Source of the DNA: Nevskiaceae bacterium | GTDB taxonomy: Bacteria > Pseudomonadota > Gammaproteobacteria > Steroidobacterales > Steroidobacteraceae | Direction of reading: 5' to 3' | Assembly (NCBI GenBank): GCA_024234075.1 | Contig: JACKOV010000003.1 | Location: 226,673 to 290,672, forward strand | Length of the DNA stretch: 64,000 bases | Shown: piece after piece, positions 30,015 through 39,722 of the stretch | How the letters are laid out: every line of letters begins with the position of its first letter | Numbering within the stretch: the first letter of the stretch is position 1 | The notes under the pieces: model-generated | What the model saw: only the letters and a program-made list of their open reading frames with translations | Databases searched by the model: none | Told to the model about the DNA's origin: nothing | Program-made: the position numbers and the translations under genes

Positions 30015-30947
30015 ATGGTCTCAATCGTGCGCGGGATGCTTTTGCTGGCGATTTCGGCGGGCATCATTCCTGCGGCCTTCGCACAGGCGGTACCGAGTTT
30101 CATGTCGTTCCAGCAAACCGAGAAGCTGGCCGACGGTTTGTACGCGTTCAGGCAGGGGGCCTATCGCAGCCTCTTCCTGGTCGGCAAAGAGGGGGTCATC
30201 GTCACCGATCCCGTCAGTCCGAAGTTTGCCAAGGCCTTTCGAGCCGAGATCGCCAAGATCACGGACCAGCCCGTGCGCTACGTGGTGTATTCCGAGTCCC
30301 ATTGGGACCGGATCAGCGGTGGCCAGATCTTCAAGGACGAAGGCGCGAAGTTCGTGGCGCAGCAACGATGCGCCGACAATCTGCGCGAGACGCCGCATCC
30401 GGATGTCGTGCCGCCGGATATCACCTACGACCAGAGCTATCGGGTGGCGCTGGGCGATCAGGCGCTCGATCTGCATTACTTCGGTCCCAGCCTCGATACC
30501 TGTCTGTCGGTTCTGGTCGCTCAGCCGGCCAAGATGATGATGATCGTCAATCTGGTCATACCGCCCGTGGCCGGCGTGCCGTGGAATCCGACGATTCCCG
30601 ACTACCACCTCTACAACCTGCTGCCGTTCTTCAGATCCGTGGAGGACCTGGCCAAGCGGGAGGGTATCGATACCGTGATCGGCGGGTTCATCGCGGCGGG
30701 AGTGGGCCGTGACGGCAAGCCTTTCCTGCAACCGTCCACGGGGCCGGTATCCGTGGTCACGGAGCAACGCATCTTCTGGGAAAAACTGATGGGCGCCGTG
30801 AAGGCGCAGCTCGATGCGGGTACGCCGCCGCGCGAGATCATCCGGAAGATCGACCTGACGCAGTTTTCGTCATACCCGCGCTACAGCGAGCGAAGTATCG
30901 AAATCCTGACGCGGCGGATCGCGTCGTTGTACATCACGGGGCGATAA
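30015..30947 (+). CDS. secreted metallo-beta-lactamase-fold paralog with degenerate metal-binding motifs (likely non-catalytic)
   Basis: Signal peptide (MVSIVRGMLLLAISAGIIPAAFAQA). Collinear with the next gene, but the motif positions read YSESHWDRISG, GPSLDTCL and IGGFIA where the paralog has HSHWDH, GPSHSNCL and VGGHIS. GGGGAGA RBS upstream. Confidence 0.75.
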   Translation: MVSIVRGMLLLAISAGIIPAAFAQAVPSFMSFQQTEKLADGLYAFRQGAYRSLFLVGKEGVIVTDPVSPKFAKAFRAEIAKITDQPVRYVVYSESHWDRISGGQIFKDEGAKFVAQQRCADNLRETPHPDVVPPDITYDQSYRVALGDQALDLHYFGPSLDTCLSVLVAQPAKMMMIVNLVIPPVAGVPWNPTIPDYHLYNLLPFFRSVEDLAKREGIDTVIGGFIAAGVGRDGKPFLQPSTGPVSVVTEQRIFWEKLMGAVKAQLDAGTPPREIIRKIDLTQFSSYPRYSERSIEILTRRIASLYITGR

Positions 30948-30949
30948 CC

Positions 30950-31930
30950 ATGTTTTGTCGTGCGTTTCGATCGGGTCTCCCGTTCATGCGGCGGGGGATG
31001 CTCGCCGCGGTCGTCTGTGCCGCGCTGGGTGCAGGGTTGCCGACGACGGTGAGCCATGCCCAGATGTTCTCGCTGATGACCAGCTCCGAGACGGAGTCGC
31101 TGGGCAACGGGCTGTATGCTTTTCGGCATGGCCCGTACCGGAACATCTTCTTGATCGGCGAGGAGGGGGTCATTGTCACCGACCCGCTCAACGTCAAGGC
31201 AGCGGCGGCCCTGCGCGAGGAGATCCGCAAGCTCACCGACAAGCCGGTCAAATACGTCGCGTACTCGCATTCTCATTGGGATCATGCCATCGGCGGAGCG
31301 ATCTTCAAGCAGGATGGCGCGACGTTCGTCGCTCAGGAAAAGTGCCGCGACAACATCCGTGAAACGCCGCATCCCGATCTCGTGGCGCCGGATGTCGTCT
31401 TCAAGGATCGTCACAGACTGGATGTCGGCAAGGCGTCGCTGGAGTTGTTCTATTTCGGGCCGAGCCACAGCAATTGCCTGGCGGTGATGCTGGCCCGGCC
31501 GGCGAACGTCATGTTCGTCGTCGATATCGCGAATCCTTCCACCGGCTGGTTCAAGGAGTACAACCCGACTGCGCCGGATACCTATCTGCACAGCCTCACT
31601 ACGGTTCTGGCGGCGGTGGAGCGGCTGGCGGCTGCAGAGGGTGTGAAGTCGTTCGTCGGTGGGCACATCTCCCTGGGCAAGGGGGCCGACGGCCGGCCAT
31701 TCCTGCGGCCGGCGATGGGGTCCATCGAATCCGTCGGCGAGCGGCGGCAGTTCTGGGAGACCGTGATCGCAGCGGTGAAGGCGGAGATGGCCCGCGGCAC
31801 CGTCGGCGAAGAAGTTTCCGGAAAACTGGCCGGCAGCGATTTCGAGGCGAAGATCGCCGACTTCGACCGCGGAGAAATGGACATGCTCTACCGCGTGATC
31901 GCGTCCTACCTCCAGGCGGGCCGTCCCTAG
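30950..31930 (+). CDS. secreted metallo-beta-lactamase-fold zinc hydrolase
   Basis: Signal peptide. Canonical HxHxDH (YSHSHWDHAIGG), a downstream His (GPSHSNCL) and a late His (FVGGHIS). The substrate cannot be inferred from sequence alone. Confidence 0.8.
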   Translation: MFCRAFRSGLPFMRRGMLAAVVCAALGAGLPTTVSHAQMFSLMTSSETESLGNGLYAFRHGPYRNIFLIGEEGVIVTDPLNVKAAAALREEIRKLTDKPVKYVAYSHSHWDHAIGGAIFKQDGATFVAQEKCRDNIRETPHPDLVAPDVVFKDRHRLDVGKASLELFYFGPSHSNCLAVMLARPANVMFVVDIANPSTGWFKEYNPTAPDTYLHSLTTVLAAVERLAAAEGVKSFVGGHISLGKGADGRPFLRPAMGSIESVGERRQFWETVIAAVKAEMARGTVGEEVSGKLAGSDFEAKIADFDRGEMDMLYRVIASYLQAGRP

Positions 31931-32011
31931 CACGGTCGGCGAAAGCGCGGCTCGCGAATGGCCGTGCCGGCTTCAATTCATAGCGGACAAATAGTAGACA
32001 ACTCAGGGGCC

Positions 32012-32560
32012 ATGCACATGACGACGGGATTCAGGCGCGTTATTCAGGCGGCTGCGGTAGTTCTGTTGCTGGGCGGATCGGCCATGTCGATGAGCCCCGC
32101 GTTCGCCGAGACGCTGGCGCTGGTGGACCCGTACGTTCATCGATCGAATTTCCTGGTCAGGGACATCGACCGGGCATTGCGGCTCTACCGGGACATCCTG
32201 GGTTTCAAGGTCAACGCCTTGGTGCCGGTCAAGTCCGAGAGCTTCATGTACGACGTCTTCAACATCGATCGCACCGCCAGAATGCGCATCGCCTTCCTGA
32301 GCAGTCCGGACTCGAGGTTCGGCGCGATAGGTATGACCGAGGTCAAAGGCATCGATCTGCCTCCTGCAGCGACCGTCTTTCCCAGCGCATTGATCGTCGA
32401 GATCAAAGGGCGGTTCGAATCCGTCTACGACCAGATCCGCGCCGCGAACCTCGACGTCGGACGGGTCTACGAGTTGACGAATCCCGCCAGACGGGAGTTT
32501 CTGGTCACCGACGTCGACGGCCACCGGATCATCATCATGCAGCTGCACGCTGCGGATTGA
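32012..32560 (+). CDS. secreted VOC/glyoxalase family protein
   Basis: Signal peptide (AAVVLLLGGSAMSMSPAFA), then HRSNFLVRDIDRALRLYRDILGFK ... FLVTDVDGHRIIIMQ, a single VOC module. Confidence 0.75.
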   Translation: MHMTTGFRRVIQAAAVVLLLGGSAMSMSPAFAETLALVDPYVHRSNFLVRDIDRALRLYRDILGFKVNALVPVKSESFMYDVFNIDRTARMRIAFLSSPDSRFGAIGMTEVKGIDLPPAATVFPSALIVEIKGRFESVYDQIRAANLDVGRVYELTNPARREFLVTDVDGHRIIIMQLHAAD

Positions 32561-32572
32561 TTCGCGCCCAAG

Positions 32573-32610
32573 CCCCGCGCCGCTGTCGCGCGGGGGCGCG
32601 CTCATTTTTC
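32573..32610 (+). terminator. probable intrinsic terminator after the VOC gene
   Basis: CCCCGCGC (32573-32580) pairs with GCGCGGGG (32588-32595). An overlapping GCGCG/CGCGC hairpin is followed by TCATTTTT (T-run 32605-32609). Confidence 0.5.
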
Positions 32611-32689
32611 GCGAGGATATCCCGGCCGGCGACCATCAGCATCATGCACGGTGCGGGCACGCTTCACTTGTGCTATCTCCTTGCCCGTT

Positions 32690-33763
32690 ATGGACACTCC
32701 TTTCAAGAACAAGCTGATCCCCATCCTGCTCGTCGCAGTGCTGGCCGTGGCCGCCTGGTATGCCTGGCAATGGTTCGCCGGCGACAAAGGCAATGCGGCG
32801 TTCATCAGCAGCAACGGCCGCATCGAAGCCACCGAGATCGATATCGCGACCAAGCTGGCCGGTCGCGTCGGCGAGATCCTGGTCGAGGAGGGCGCCTTCG
32901 TGAAGGCCGGTCAGGTGCTGGCTGTCATGCAAGTGCAGACCCTGGAGGCGCAGCTGCGTGAAGCGAAGGCGCAGCGTCAGCAGGCGGTCAATGCCGTGGC
33001 CAGCGCGCAGGCGCAGGTGGCGATGCGCCACAGCGACAAGACGGCGCTGCTCGCGCAGGTGCGCCGTGCCGAAGCCGAGCTGGTCGCGGCCCAGCGGCGC
33101 CTGGCGCGCTCCGAGAGTCTGGTCAAGGAGGGCGCGACGTCGGCCCAGACCCTGGACGACGATCGGGCGCGCACGCTGAGCACCGAGGCGGCACTGGCCG
33201 CGGCCCGGGCGCAGGCGGTCTCGGCCGATGCCGCCATCGCCGCGGCCCGGACGCAGGTGGTCAGCGCGCAGTCGCAGGTCGAGGCCGTCGACGCGACGCT
33301 CGAGCGCATCCAGTCCGAGATCGACGACAGCCAGCTCAAGGCGCCGCGCGACGGCCGGGTGCAGTTCCGGCTGGCCCAGCCGGGCGAAGTGCTGGGTGCA
33401 GGCGGCCGGGTGATGAGCCTGCTCGACCTGTCGGATGTCTACATGACGTTCTTTCTGCCCACCGAGGTGGCGGGCCGGCTGGCACTGGGCTCGGAAGTCC
33501 GTATCGTGCTCGACGCGGCGCCGGATTTCGTGATCCCCGCCAAGGTCTCGTTCATCGCCAGCGCGGCGCAGTTCACGCCCAAGACCGTCGAGACGGCCAG
33601 TGAGCGCCAGAAACTGATGTTCCGCGTGCGGGCGCAGATCGACCGCAAGCTGCTGCTCGAGTACCTGGAGTACGTCAAGACAGGCCTGCCCGGCGCGGCC
33701 TGGGTGCGGCTCGATCCGTCGCAGGACTGGCCGGCACGACTGGCGCTGAAGACGCCGCAATGA
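32690..33763 (+). CDS. HlyD-family membrane fusion protein (YhiI/YbhG-like)
   Basis: N-terminal TM segment. Lipoyl-like barrel ([38 protein letters not shown]), a long coiled-coil hairpin, and a C-terminal [17 protein letters not shown] motif. Confidence 0.88.
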   Translation: MDTPFKNKLIPILLVAVLAVAAWYAWQWFAGDKGNAAFISSNGRIEATEIDIATKLAGRVGEILVEEGAFVKAGQVLAVMQVQTLEAQLREAKAQRQQAVNAVASAQAQVAMRHSDKTALLAQVRRAEAELVAAQRRLARSESLVKEGATSAQTLDDDRARTLSTEAALAAARAQAVSADAAIAAARTQVVSAQSQVEAVDATLERIQSEIDDSQLKAPRDGRVQFRLAQPGEVLGAGGRVMSLLDLSDVYMTFFLPTEVAGRLALGSEVRIVLDAAPDFVIPAKVSFIASAAQFTPKTVETASERQKLMFRVRAQIDRKLLLEYLEYVKTGLPGAAWVRLDPSQDWPARLALKTPQ

Positions 33764-36504
33764 CGGCGGGCGTTCGCCGCGCGCCGCAAGTCGTCCGGCT
33801 GGAGCAAGCAGGGCTGCGCTACGGCAAAGTCCAGGCGCTGGCCGGCATCACGCTGGAGCTGCCGGCGGGTTGCATGGTCGGGTTGATCGGGCCGGACGGT
33901 ATCGGGAAGTCCAGCCTGCTGTCGCTGCTGGCCGGTGCGCGCACGGTACAGGCCGGCCGCGTGCAGGTGCTGGACGGCGACATGGCCAGCAAGCGTCATC
34001 GCGATCGAGTCTGCCCGCGCATCGCCTACATGCCGCAGGGGCTGGGCAAGAATCTCTATCCCACCTTGTCGGTGGAAGAGAACCTGCAGTTCTTCGCGCG
34101 CCTGTTCGGACATGGCGCGGCCGAGCGACGGCGGCGCATCGACGATCTCACCGCGGCCACGGGTTTGCGCGAGTTCCTGGATCGCCCGGTGGGCAAGCTC
34201 TCCGGCGGCATGAAGCAGAAGCTCGGTCTGTGCTGTGCGCTGACCCACGACCCGGATCTGCTGATTCTCGATGAGCCGACCACCGGGGTCGATCCACTGG
34301 CGCGGGCGCAGTTCTGGGAGCTGATTGCCCGCATTCGCCGGGGTCGCCCCGGCATGAGCGTGATCGTCGCCACGGCTTACATGGACGAGGCGCAGCGTTT
34401 CGATTGGCTGGTGGCCATGGACGCCGGCCAGGTGCTGGCTATGGGCACACCGGGGGAGTTGCTGGCGCGCACCGGCAGCGATTCGCTGGAAGCGGCCTTC
34501 ATCGCGCTGTTGCCAGAAGACAAGAAACGCGGTCATGCGGCGGTCGAGATCCCGCCCTTGCAGGCCTCGGCGGACGATATCGCCATCGAAGCCCGGGACC
34601 TGACCATGCGCTTCGGCGACTTCGTCGCGGTCGATCACGTGTCGTTCCGCATCCGGCGCGGCGAGATTTTCGGCTTCCTCGGTTCGAACGGCTGCGGCAA
34701 GACCACGACGATGAAGATGCTCACCGGCCTGCTGGAAGCCAGCGAGGGCCGTGCGTGGTTGTTCGGCCACGAGGTCGATCCGCGGGACATCGCCACCCGC
34801 CGCCGCGTGGGCTACATGTCGCAAGCCTTTTCCCTCTACGGCGAGCTGACGGTGCGGCAGAACCTGGAGTTGCATGCACGTCTGTTCCAGGTGCCCGATA
34901 GCGAGATTCCGCAGCGAGTGGCGGAGATGGCGCAGCGCTTCGGCCTCGCCGGAATGGAGGACAGCCTGCCTGCCAGCATGCCGCTGGGCATGCGCCAGCG
35001 TCTGTCGCTGGCGGTGGCCATGGTGCACAAGCCCGAGTTGCTGATCCTCGACGAGCCGACCTCGGGCGTGGATCCGGTCGCGCGCGATGCCTTCTGGCGG
35101 CTGTTGATCGAGCTGTCGCGCCGCGACCAGGTCACGATCTTCATCTCCACCCATTTCATGAACGAGGCAGAGCGTTGCGACCGCATGTCGATGATGCATG
35201 CGGGCAAGGTGCTCGACAGCGATGCGCCCGCGAAACTGGTCGACAAACGCGGCGCAGGGACACTGGAAGAAGCGTTCATCGGCTACCTGATCGAGGCGGG
35301 CGGCGGCGGATCGCCGCTCGGCACCCCCGTCGATGAGGCAACCGTCAGACCTCAGGATCGTCCCCGCGCCCGCTCTGCGCGCTTCAGCCTGCGGCGCCTG
35401 ATCAGTTACATGTGGCGCGAATCGCTGGAGCTGCAGCGCGATCCGGTGCGGGCGACGCTGGCGCTGGCGGGCTCGGCCATATTGATGTTCGTGATGGGCT
35501 TCGGGATCAGCATGGACGTGGAGGATCTGCGCTACGCCGTGCTGGATCGCGACCAGTCCACGCTCAGCGAGAGCTACACGCTGAGTCTCGCCGGCTCGCG
35601 CTACTTCGTCGAGCATCCGCCGATCCGCGACTATGCGGATCTGGACCGGCGCATGGTGAGCGGCGAACTCAATCTGGCGCTGGAGATCCCGTCGGGCTTC
35701 GGTCGCGATGTGTTGCGGGGCCGGCCCGTCGAGATCGGCGCCTGGATCGACGGCGCCATGCCGCAGCGCGCCGAGACCGTAAAGGGCTACGTGCGGGGCA
35801 TTCACCAGCACTGGCTGGTCGAGCAGACAGCTGCACGCACGGGTGCGGCAGCCGGCGGACTGGCCGGCATCGAGACGCGCTTTCGCTACAACCCGGACGT
35901 CAAGAGCCTGCCGGCTATGGTGCCGGCCGTCGTGCCTCTGCTGTTGCTGATGCTGCCGGCGATGCTCACGGCGCTGGCTGTGGTGCGCGAGAAGGAAAGC
36001 GGTTCCATCATCAATCTGTACGTCACACCCATCACCCGCACGGAGTTCCTGCTGGGCAAGCAGCTGCCCTATGTCGCGCTGGCCATGCTGAACTTCGCCT
36101 TGATGGCCGGACTGTCCGTGACCGTGTTCGGTGTGCCGATCAAGGGGAGCTTCGGCACCTTGCTTCTGGCGGCGGTGATCTTCAGCTTCTGCGCCACCGG
36201 CCTGGGGTTGCTGGCATCGAGCGTCACCAGGAGCCAGATCGCGGCGATGTTCTTCGCGATGATCGGCACGATGATCCCCGCCACCTTGTTCTCCGGGCTG
36301 ACCGATCCGGTGTCGTCGCTGCAGGGCGGTGCGCGCCTGCTGGGCCAGATCTATCCGGCGACGCACATGATCGGCATCAGCCGTGGCGTCTTCAACAAGG
36401 CGCTGCATTTCGGCGATCTGCGCGCTTCGCTGCTGTCCATGCTGGTCGCCGCGCCGGTCATCGTCGGTGCGGCGATCCTGCTGCTGCGCAAGCAGGAGCG
36501 CTGA
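33760..36504 (+). CDS. rbbA: fused double-ATPase + ABC-2 permease, RbbA(YhiH)-like
   Basis: 914 aa. Two NBDs ([28 protein letters not shown] and [28 protein letters not shown]) plus a C-terminal 6-TM ABC-2 domain. ATGA overlap with the upstream MFP gene. Confidence 0.88.
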   Translation: MTAGVRRAPQVVRLEQAGLRYGKVQALAGITLELPAGCMVGLIGPDGIGKSSLLSLLAGARTVQAGRVQVLDGDMASKRHRDRVCPRIAYMPQGLGKNLYPTLSVEENLQFFARLFGHGAAERRRRIDDLTAATGLREFLDRPVGKLSGGMKQKLGLCCALTHDPDLLILDEPTTGVDPLARAQFWELIARIRRGRPGMSVIVATAYMDEAQRFDWLVAMDAGQVLAMGTPGELLARTGSDSLEAAFIALLPEDKKRGHAAVEIPPLQASADDIAIEARDLTMRFGDFVAVDHVSFRIRRGEIFGFLGSNGCGKTTTMKMLTGLLEASEGRAWLFGHEVDPRDIATRRRVGYMSQAFSLYGELTVRQNLELHARLFQVPDSEIPQRVAEMAQRFGLAGMEDSLPASMPLGMRQRLSLAVAMVHKPELLILDEPTSGVDPVARDAFWRLLIELSRRDQVTIFISTHFMNEAERCDRMSMMHAGKVLDSDAPAKLVDKRGAGTLEEAFIGYLIEAGGGGSPLGTPVDEATVRPQDRPRARSARFSLRRLISYMWRESLELQRDPVRATLALAGSAILMFVMGFGISMDVEDLRYAVLDRDQSTLSESYTLSLAGSRYFVEHPPIRDYADLDRRMVSGELNLALEIPSGFGRDVLRGRPVEIGAWIDGAMPQRAETVKGYVRGIHQHWLVEQTAARTGAAAGGLAGIETRFRYNPDVKSLPAMVPAVVPLLLLMLPAMLTALAVVREKESGSIINLYVTPITRTEFLLGKQLPYVALAMLNFALMAGLSVTVFGVPIKGSFGTLLLAAVIFSFCATGLGLLASSVTRSQIAAMFFAMIGTMIPATLFSGLTDPVSSLQGGARLLGQIYPATHMIGISRGVFNKALHFGDLRASLLSMLVAAPVIVGAAILLLRKQER

Positions 36505-36507
36505 AGC

Positions 36508-37635
36508 ATGCGCCAGTTCCTCGCCAACACCTACCGCCTGGGCATCAAGGAGCTGTGGAGCCTGTGGCGCGACCCGGCCATGCTGGTATTCATCGTCTAC
36601 GTGTTCACCGTGGGTGTCTACACCGCCGCCACGGCCATGCCGGAGACGCTGAACAACGCCCCCATCGCCATCGTGGACGAAGACCAGTCGCCGTTGTCGC
36701 AGCGGATCGTGTCGGCACTCTATCCCCCGCATTTCGCTCCGCCGCAGTCGATCGACTGGCCGCAGATGGACCCCGGCATGGATGCGGGTCTCTACACGTT
36801 CGTGATGGTGATCCCGCACAATTTCCAGCGCGACCTGCTGGCCGGCCATGCGCCGCAGATCCAGCTCAATGTCGATGCGACCCGCATGAGCCAGGCGTTC
36901 GTCGGCAGCGGCTATGTGCAGCAGATTGTCATGGACGAGATCAACGAGTTCGCCCAGCGCCATCGCGCCAGCGCCGTGCCGCCGGTGGACCTGACGCTGC
37001 GCGCGCGCTTCAATCCGGCGCTGGAGCCGTCCTGGTTCGGCAGTCTGGTGCAGATCGTCAACTACATCGCGATGCTGTCGATCATCCTCACCGGCGCGGC
37101 ACTGATCCGCGAGCGCGAGCACGGCACGGTCGAGCATCTGCTGGTCATGCCGGTGACTCCCGCGCAGATCATGCTGGCCAAGGTCTGGTCGATGGGTGCG
37201 GTGGTACTGCTGGCTGCCTGGTTGTCGCTCACCGTCGTTGTGCGCGGCGTGCTGCAGGTGCCGGTGTCCGGTTCGCTGCCGCTGTTCTTCGCGGGCTCGG
37301 CGCTGTGCCTGTTCGCCACCGCTTCGATGGGCATTTTCATGGCCACGCTGGCACGCAACATGCCGCAGTTCGGCATGCTGATGATGCTGACCATCATGCC
37401 CCTGCAGATGCTCTCCGGCGGTGGTACGCCGCGCGAGAACATGCCCGAGATCGTGCAGAACATCATGCTGGCGGCACCGACCACGCATTTCGTGCAGCTC
37501 GGGCAGGCGATCCTGTTCCGGGGCGCCGGCCTCGGCGTGGTCTGGCCGCAGTTCGCCGCCTTGCTGCTGATCGGTGCCGTCCTGTTCGCGCTGTCGCTGC
37601 AGCGGTTCCGCAAGACCATCGCGCTGATGGCCTGA
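36508..37635 (+). CDS. yhhJ: ABC-2 type transporter permease (YhhJ-like)
   Basis: 375 aa with one N-terminal TM, a periplasmic loop and five C-terminal TMs. It starts 3 nt after the rbbA stop. Confidence 0.85.
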   Translation: MRQFLANTYRLGIKELWSLWRDPAMLVFIVYVFTVGVYTAATAMPETLNNAPIAIVDEDQSPLSQRIVSALYPPHFAPPQSIDWPQMDPGMDAGLYTFVMVIPHNFQRDLLAGHAPQIQLNVDATRMSQAFVGSGYVQQIVMDEINEFAQRHRASAVPPVDLTLRARFNPALEPSWFGSLVQIVNYIAMLSIILTGAALIREREHGTVEHLLVMPVTPAQIMLAKVWSMGAVVLLAAWLSLTVVVRGVLQVPVSGSLPLFFAGSALCLFATASMGIFMATLARNMPQFGMLMMLTIMPLQMLSGGGTPRENMPEIVQNIMLAAPTTHFVQLGQAILFRGAGLGVVWPQFAALLLIGAVLFALSLQRFRKTIALMA

Positions 37636-37667
37636 CTCGGGCAAGGCGGCAGGAGGACTGAGGTCAT

Positions 37668-37931
37668 GTGTACACGCCGGGTCGTGCGTGGGCCGGTCTG
37701 CTGCTCCTGCTCGACTGGCTGTCGCTGCCTGCCGATGCCGCGGAGCGGGCGAGTGTTTGCGAGGCAGGTTCGCCGCTGCACCGGCCGCTGCTGGCCGATG
37801 TCGGCTACGGCCTGGCGCTCTGCCGCGGCCATTGGCGTTACGCGGTGGCGCGCTATCACCGCACGCACGAGTTCCGCGGCCAGATCGAAGTCCCGGTCTA
37901 CGGCACAGTTACTATCGGCAGGCGCTGCTGA
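37668..37931 (+). CDS. small hypothetical secreted protein (87 aa, 4 Cys)
   Basis: GTG start 12 nt after AGGAGG (37651-37656). Signal-like N-terminus (AWAGLLLLLDWLSLPADA) and good GC3. I do not recognise a family. Confidence 0.4.
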   Translation: MYTPGRAWAGLLLLLDWLSLPADAAERASVCEAGSPLHRPLLADVGYGLALCRGHWRYAVARYHRTHEFRGQIEVPVYGTVTIGRRC

Positions 37932-37946
37932 GCGGTCGCCGCGCCG

Positions 37947-38369
37947 TCAGTCGTCGAAACGTACGCGGCTGCGTCCGGCTTTGGTGCCGGAGCGGCGGGA
38001 CTTGCTTTCGAGACGTCGCTCTTTCGAGGCGCGCGTCGGCCGTGTCGCCCGGCGGACCTTGGGTTCGATCAGTGCCCGCGAAATCAGGGCGGCCAGCCGG
38101 CCTTCGGCTTCGCGGCGGTTCGCATCCTGGGTGCGGTGATTGCGGGCGACGATCAGCAGCGTGCCCTGGTCGGTGACGCGCTGACCGGCCAGGCTGCGCA
38201 ACCGTGCCTTGACGCGCGGAGCGAGCGCGCCGCTGCCGGCCAGATCGAAGCGCAATTGTGCGGCGGTCGCGACCTTGTTGACGTTCTGGCCGCCCGGACC
38301 GCTCCCGCGGACGAAGGTCAGCGAGTAATCGGAGTCGGGGATCGTCAGCTCACCGACGCGGATCGGCAT
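37947..38369 (-). CDS. arfB: alternative ribosome-rescue factor ArfB (peptidyl-tRNA hydrolase)
   Basis: 140 aa. GGQ motif (RGSGPGGQNVNKV) and a basic C-terminal tail. Confidence 0.92.
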   Translation of the reverse strand: MPIRVGELTIPDSDYSLTFVRGSGPGGQNVNKVATAAQLRFDLAGSGALAPRVKARLRSLAGQRVTDQGTLLIVARNHRTQDANRREAEGRLAALISRALIEPKVRRATRPTRASKERRLESKSRRSGTKAGRSRVRFDD

Positions 38370-39717
38370 GCTCGTCGTGCGGGTCGTGGGACAAGCGTGG
38401 CCGCTGCGGCGCAGGCATGGTGTCGGACTCGTTGACGCGGACTTCGTGCTGCGACACCGGGATCTTGATGCCGGCCTCGCGGAACAGCTTGACGATCTTG
38501 CGATTCACGTCCGAACGGACGTTGTTGACGCCGTTCATCGGATCGCGGATCCAGAAGCGGCACTCGAGCCGCATGCCGTAGTTCTCGAAGGACATCAGGC
38601 GCGACACCGGTCCCGGTTCGCGCAGGATGCGCGGATGTTCGCGCGCGGCGTCTATCAGCAGCTCGAGCGCCACTTCGGGGTCGTCCTGGTAGCTGATCAT
38701 CACCGGCAGACGCAGCCGCACGCGCTGGTCCGAATAGGACCAGTTGATCACCGAATTGGTGATCAGGTTCTGGTTCGGGACCAGGGTCTCGACGCCGTCG
38801 CGGTCGCGGACCACGACGTAGCGGCCGCGCAGTTCCTGCACCCAGCCGAAATTCTCGGTACTGGTGCCGGTGTGCTGGGTGAAGCTGATCACGTCGCCGG
38901 GCTTGATCGACTTGTCCATCAGCAGTACGAAGCCGCTGACGAAATTGCTGGTGATCGCCTGCAGGCCGAAGCCCAGGCCGAGGCCGATCGCGCCGGTCAG
39001 CACCGTCAGGGCGGTGAGATCGACGCCGGTGGCATTGACGCCGAGCAGGATGCCGAGGCCGACCAGCAGGAAGTGCGCGGATTTCGAAATGCCGATACGC
39101 GTCGACAGGGCCAGCGACTGCATGGTCATCACGCGACGCTCGATCGCGCGGGCGACCAGGCTGGTGATCACCACGAAGGCGGTGACCACGATCACGCTCT
39201 TCAGCAGGGCCCAGAGGCTGAACTCGCCCTTGCCGGGAATCAGGTCGACCGCATCGAGCGTCGACTCGACCCGGTTGAACCAGCCGAGCAACTCGAAGCT
39301 GATCGCCAGCCAGATCACGATGGTGATCTGGTTTTCCCAGGTCCGCACCCAGGACTTGTTGCCCATCATCAGCGCGAACAGGTACACGCCGAGACGGATG
39401 AACAGCAGTGCCGCGACCAGCTGCAAGGCGAGATCGACGGCGCCGACATGGCTGCCGAGGAATGCCAGGCCGGCACGCAGCGGCAGCAGCACTAGCAGCG
39501 CAACGAAGAACGGCGCGGTGACCACGCCGCCCTCGACCAGCTTCCACAGCCAGCTGTCGTTCTCCAGGCCGGATTCGATCCGCCGGAACCAGGCCCGGAT
39601 GAAATGTGCCGCGGCAGCGGAAATCGCAATGGCGATCGCGATCGCGACGATTTCGGTCAGGACTTCGGCGCTGGTGAGTTGCTTGAACAGGCTCAGCTTG
39701 GAGAAATCGCGTTCCAT
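38350..39717 (-). CDS. mechanosensitive ion channel family protein (MscS-like)
   Basis: Several N-terminal TMs, then an MscS beta-domain (IKPGDVISF...GWVQELRGRYVVVRDRDGVETLVPNQNLITNSVINWS). The 3' end overlaps the arfB start by 20 nt. Confidence 0.88.
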   Translation of the reverse strand: MERDFSKLSLFKQLTSAEVLTEIVAIAIAIAISAAAAHFIRAWFRRIESGLENDSWLWKLVEGGVVTAPFFVALLVLLPLRAGLAFLGSHVGAVDLALQLVAALLFIRLGVYLFALMMGNKSWVRTWENQITIVIWLAISFELLGWFNRVESTLDAVDLIPGKGEFSLWALLKSVIVVTAFVVITSLVARAIERRVMTMQSLALSTRIGISKSAHFLLVGLGILLGVNATGVDLTALTVLTGAIGLGLGFGLQAITSNFVSGFVLLMDKSIKPGDVISFTQHTGTSTENFGWVQELRGRYVVVRDRDGVETLVPNQNLITNSVINWSYSDQRVRLRLPVMISYQDDPEVALELLIDAAREHPRILREPGPVSRLMSFENYGMRLECRFWIRDPMNGVNNVRSDVNRKIVKLFREAGIKIPVSQHEVRVNESDTMPAPQRPRLSHDPHDEHADPRR

Positions 39718-39722
39718 GAGGC

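Noticed and set aside
27193-30024. 943-aa minus-strand ORF and other long alternative-frame ORFs (1251..3239, 1550..3346, 19894..22074, 22288..25005, 24737..26284, 56363..59428, 58506..60017, 13222..15741, 43352..45304)
   Set aside because: All overlap genes with strong family signatures on the other strand or frame. All show the Arg/Pro/Ala-rich low-complexity translation expected from out-of-frame GC-rich sequence.
30015-31930. Calling the MBL-fold proteins beta-lactamases or antibiotic-resistance genes
   Set aside because: The HxHxDH motif alone is shared by lactonases, sulfatases, glyoxalase II, phosphodiesterases and others. Nothing in the sequence lets me assign a B3 beta-lactamase identity without a search.
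33439-37644. 1401-aa minus-strand ORF across the rbbA/yhhJ operon
   Set aside because: Same reasoning. Its composition is dominated by R, H, Q, G and A, and it lies antisense to ABC transporter genes with clear Walker and signature motifs.
37666-38139. ATG-initiated 157-aa ORF with good spacing to the AGGAGG at 37651
   Set aside because: The translation is extremely Arg/Ser/Cys-rich and runs antisense through arfB. The +2 GTG frame (37668) gives a signal peptide and sensible composition, so I kept that frame instead, at low confidence.
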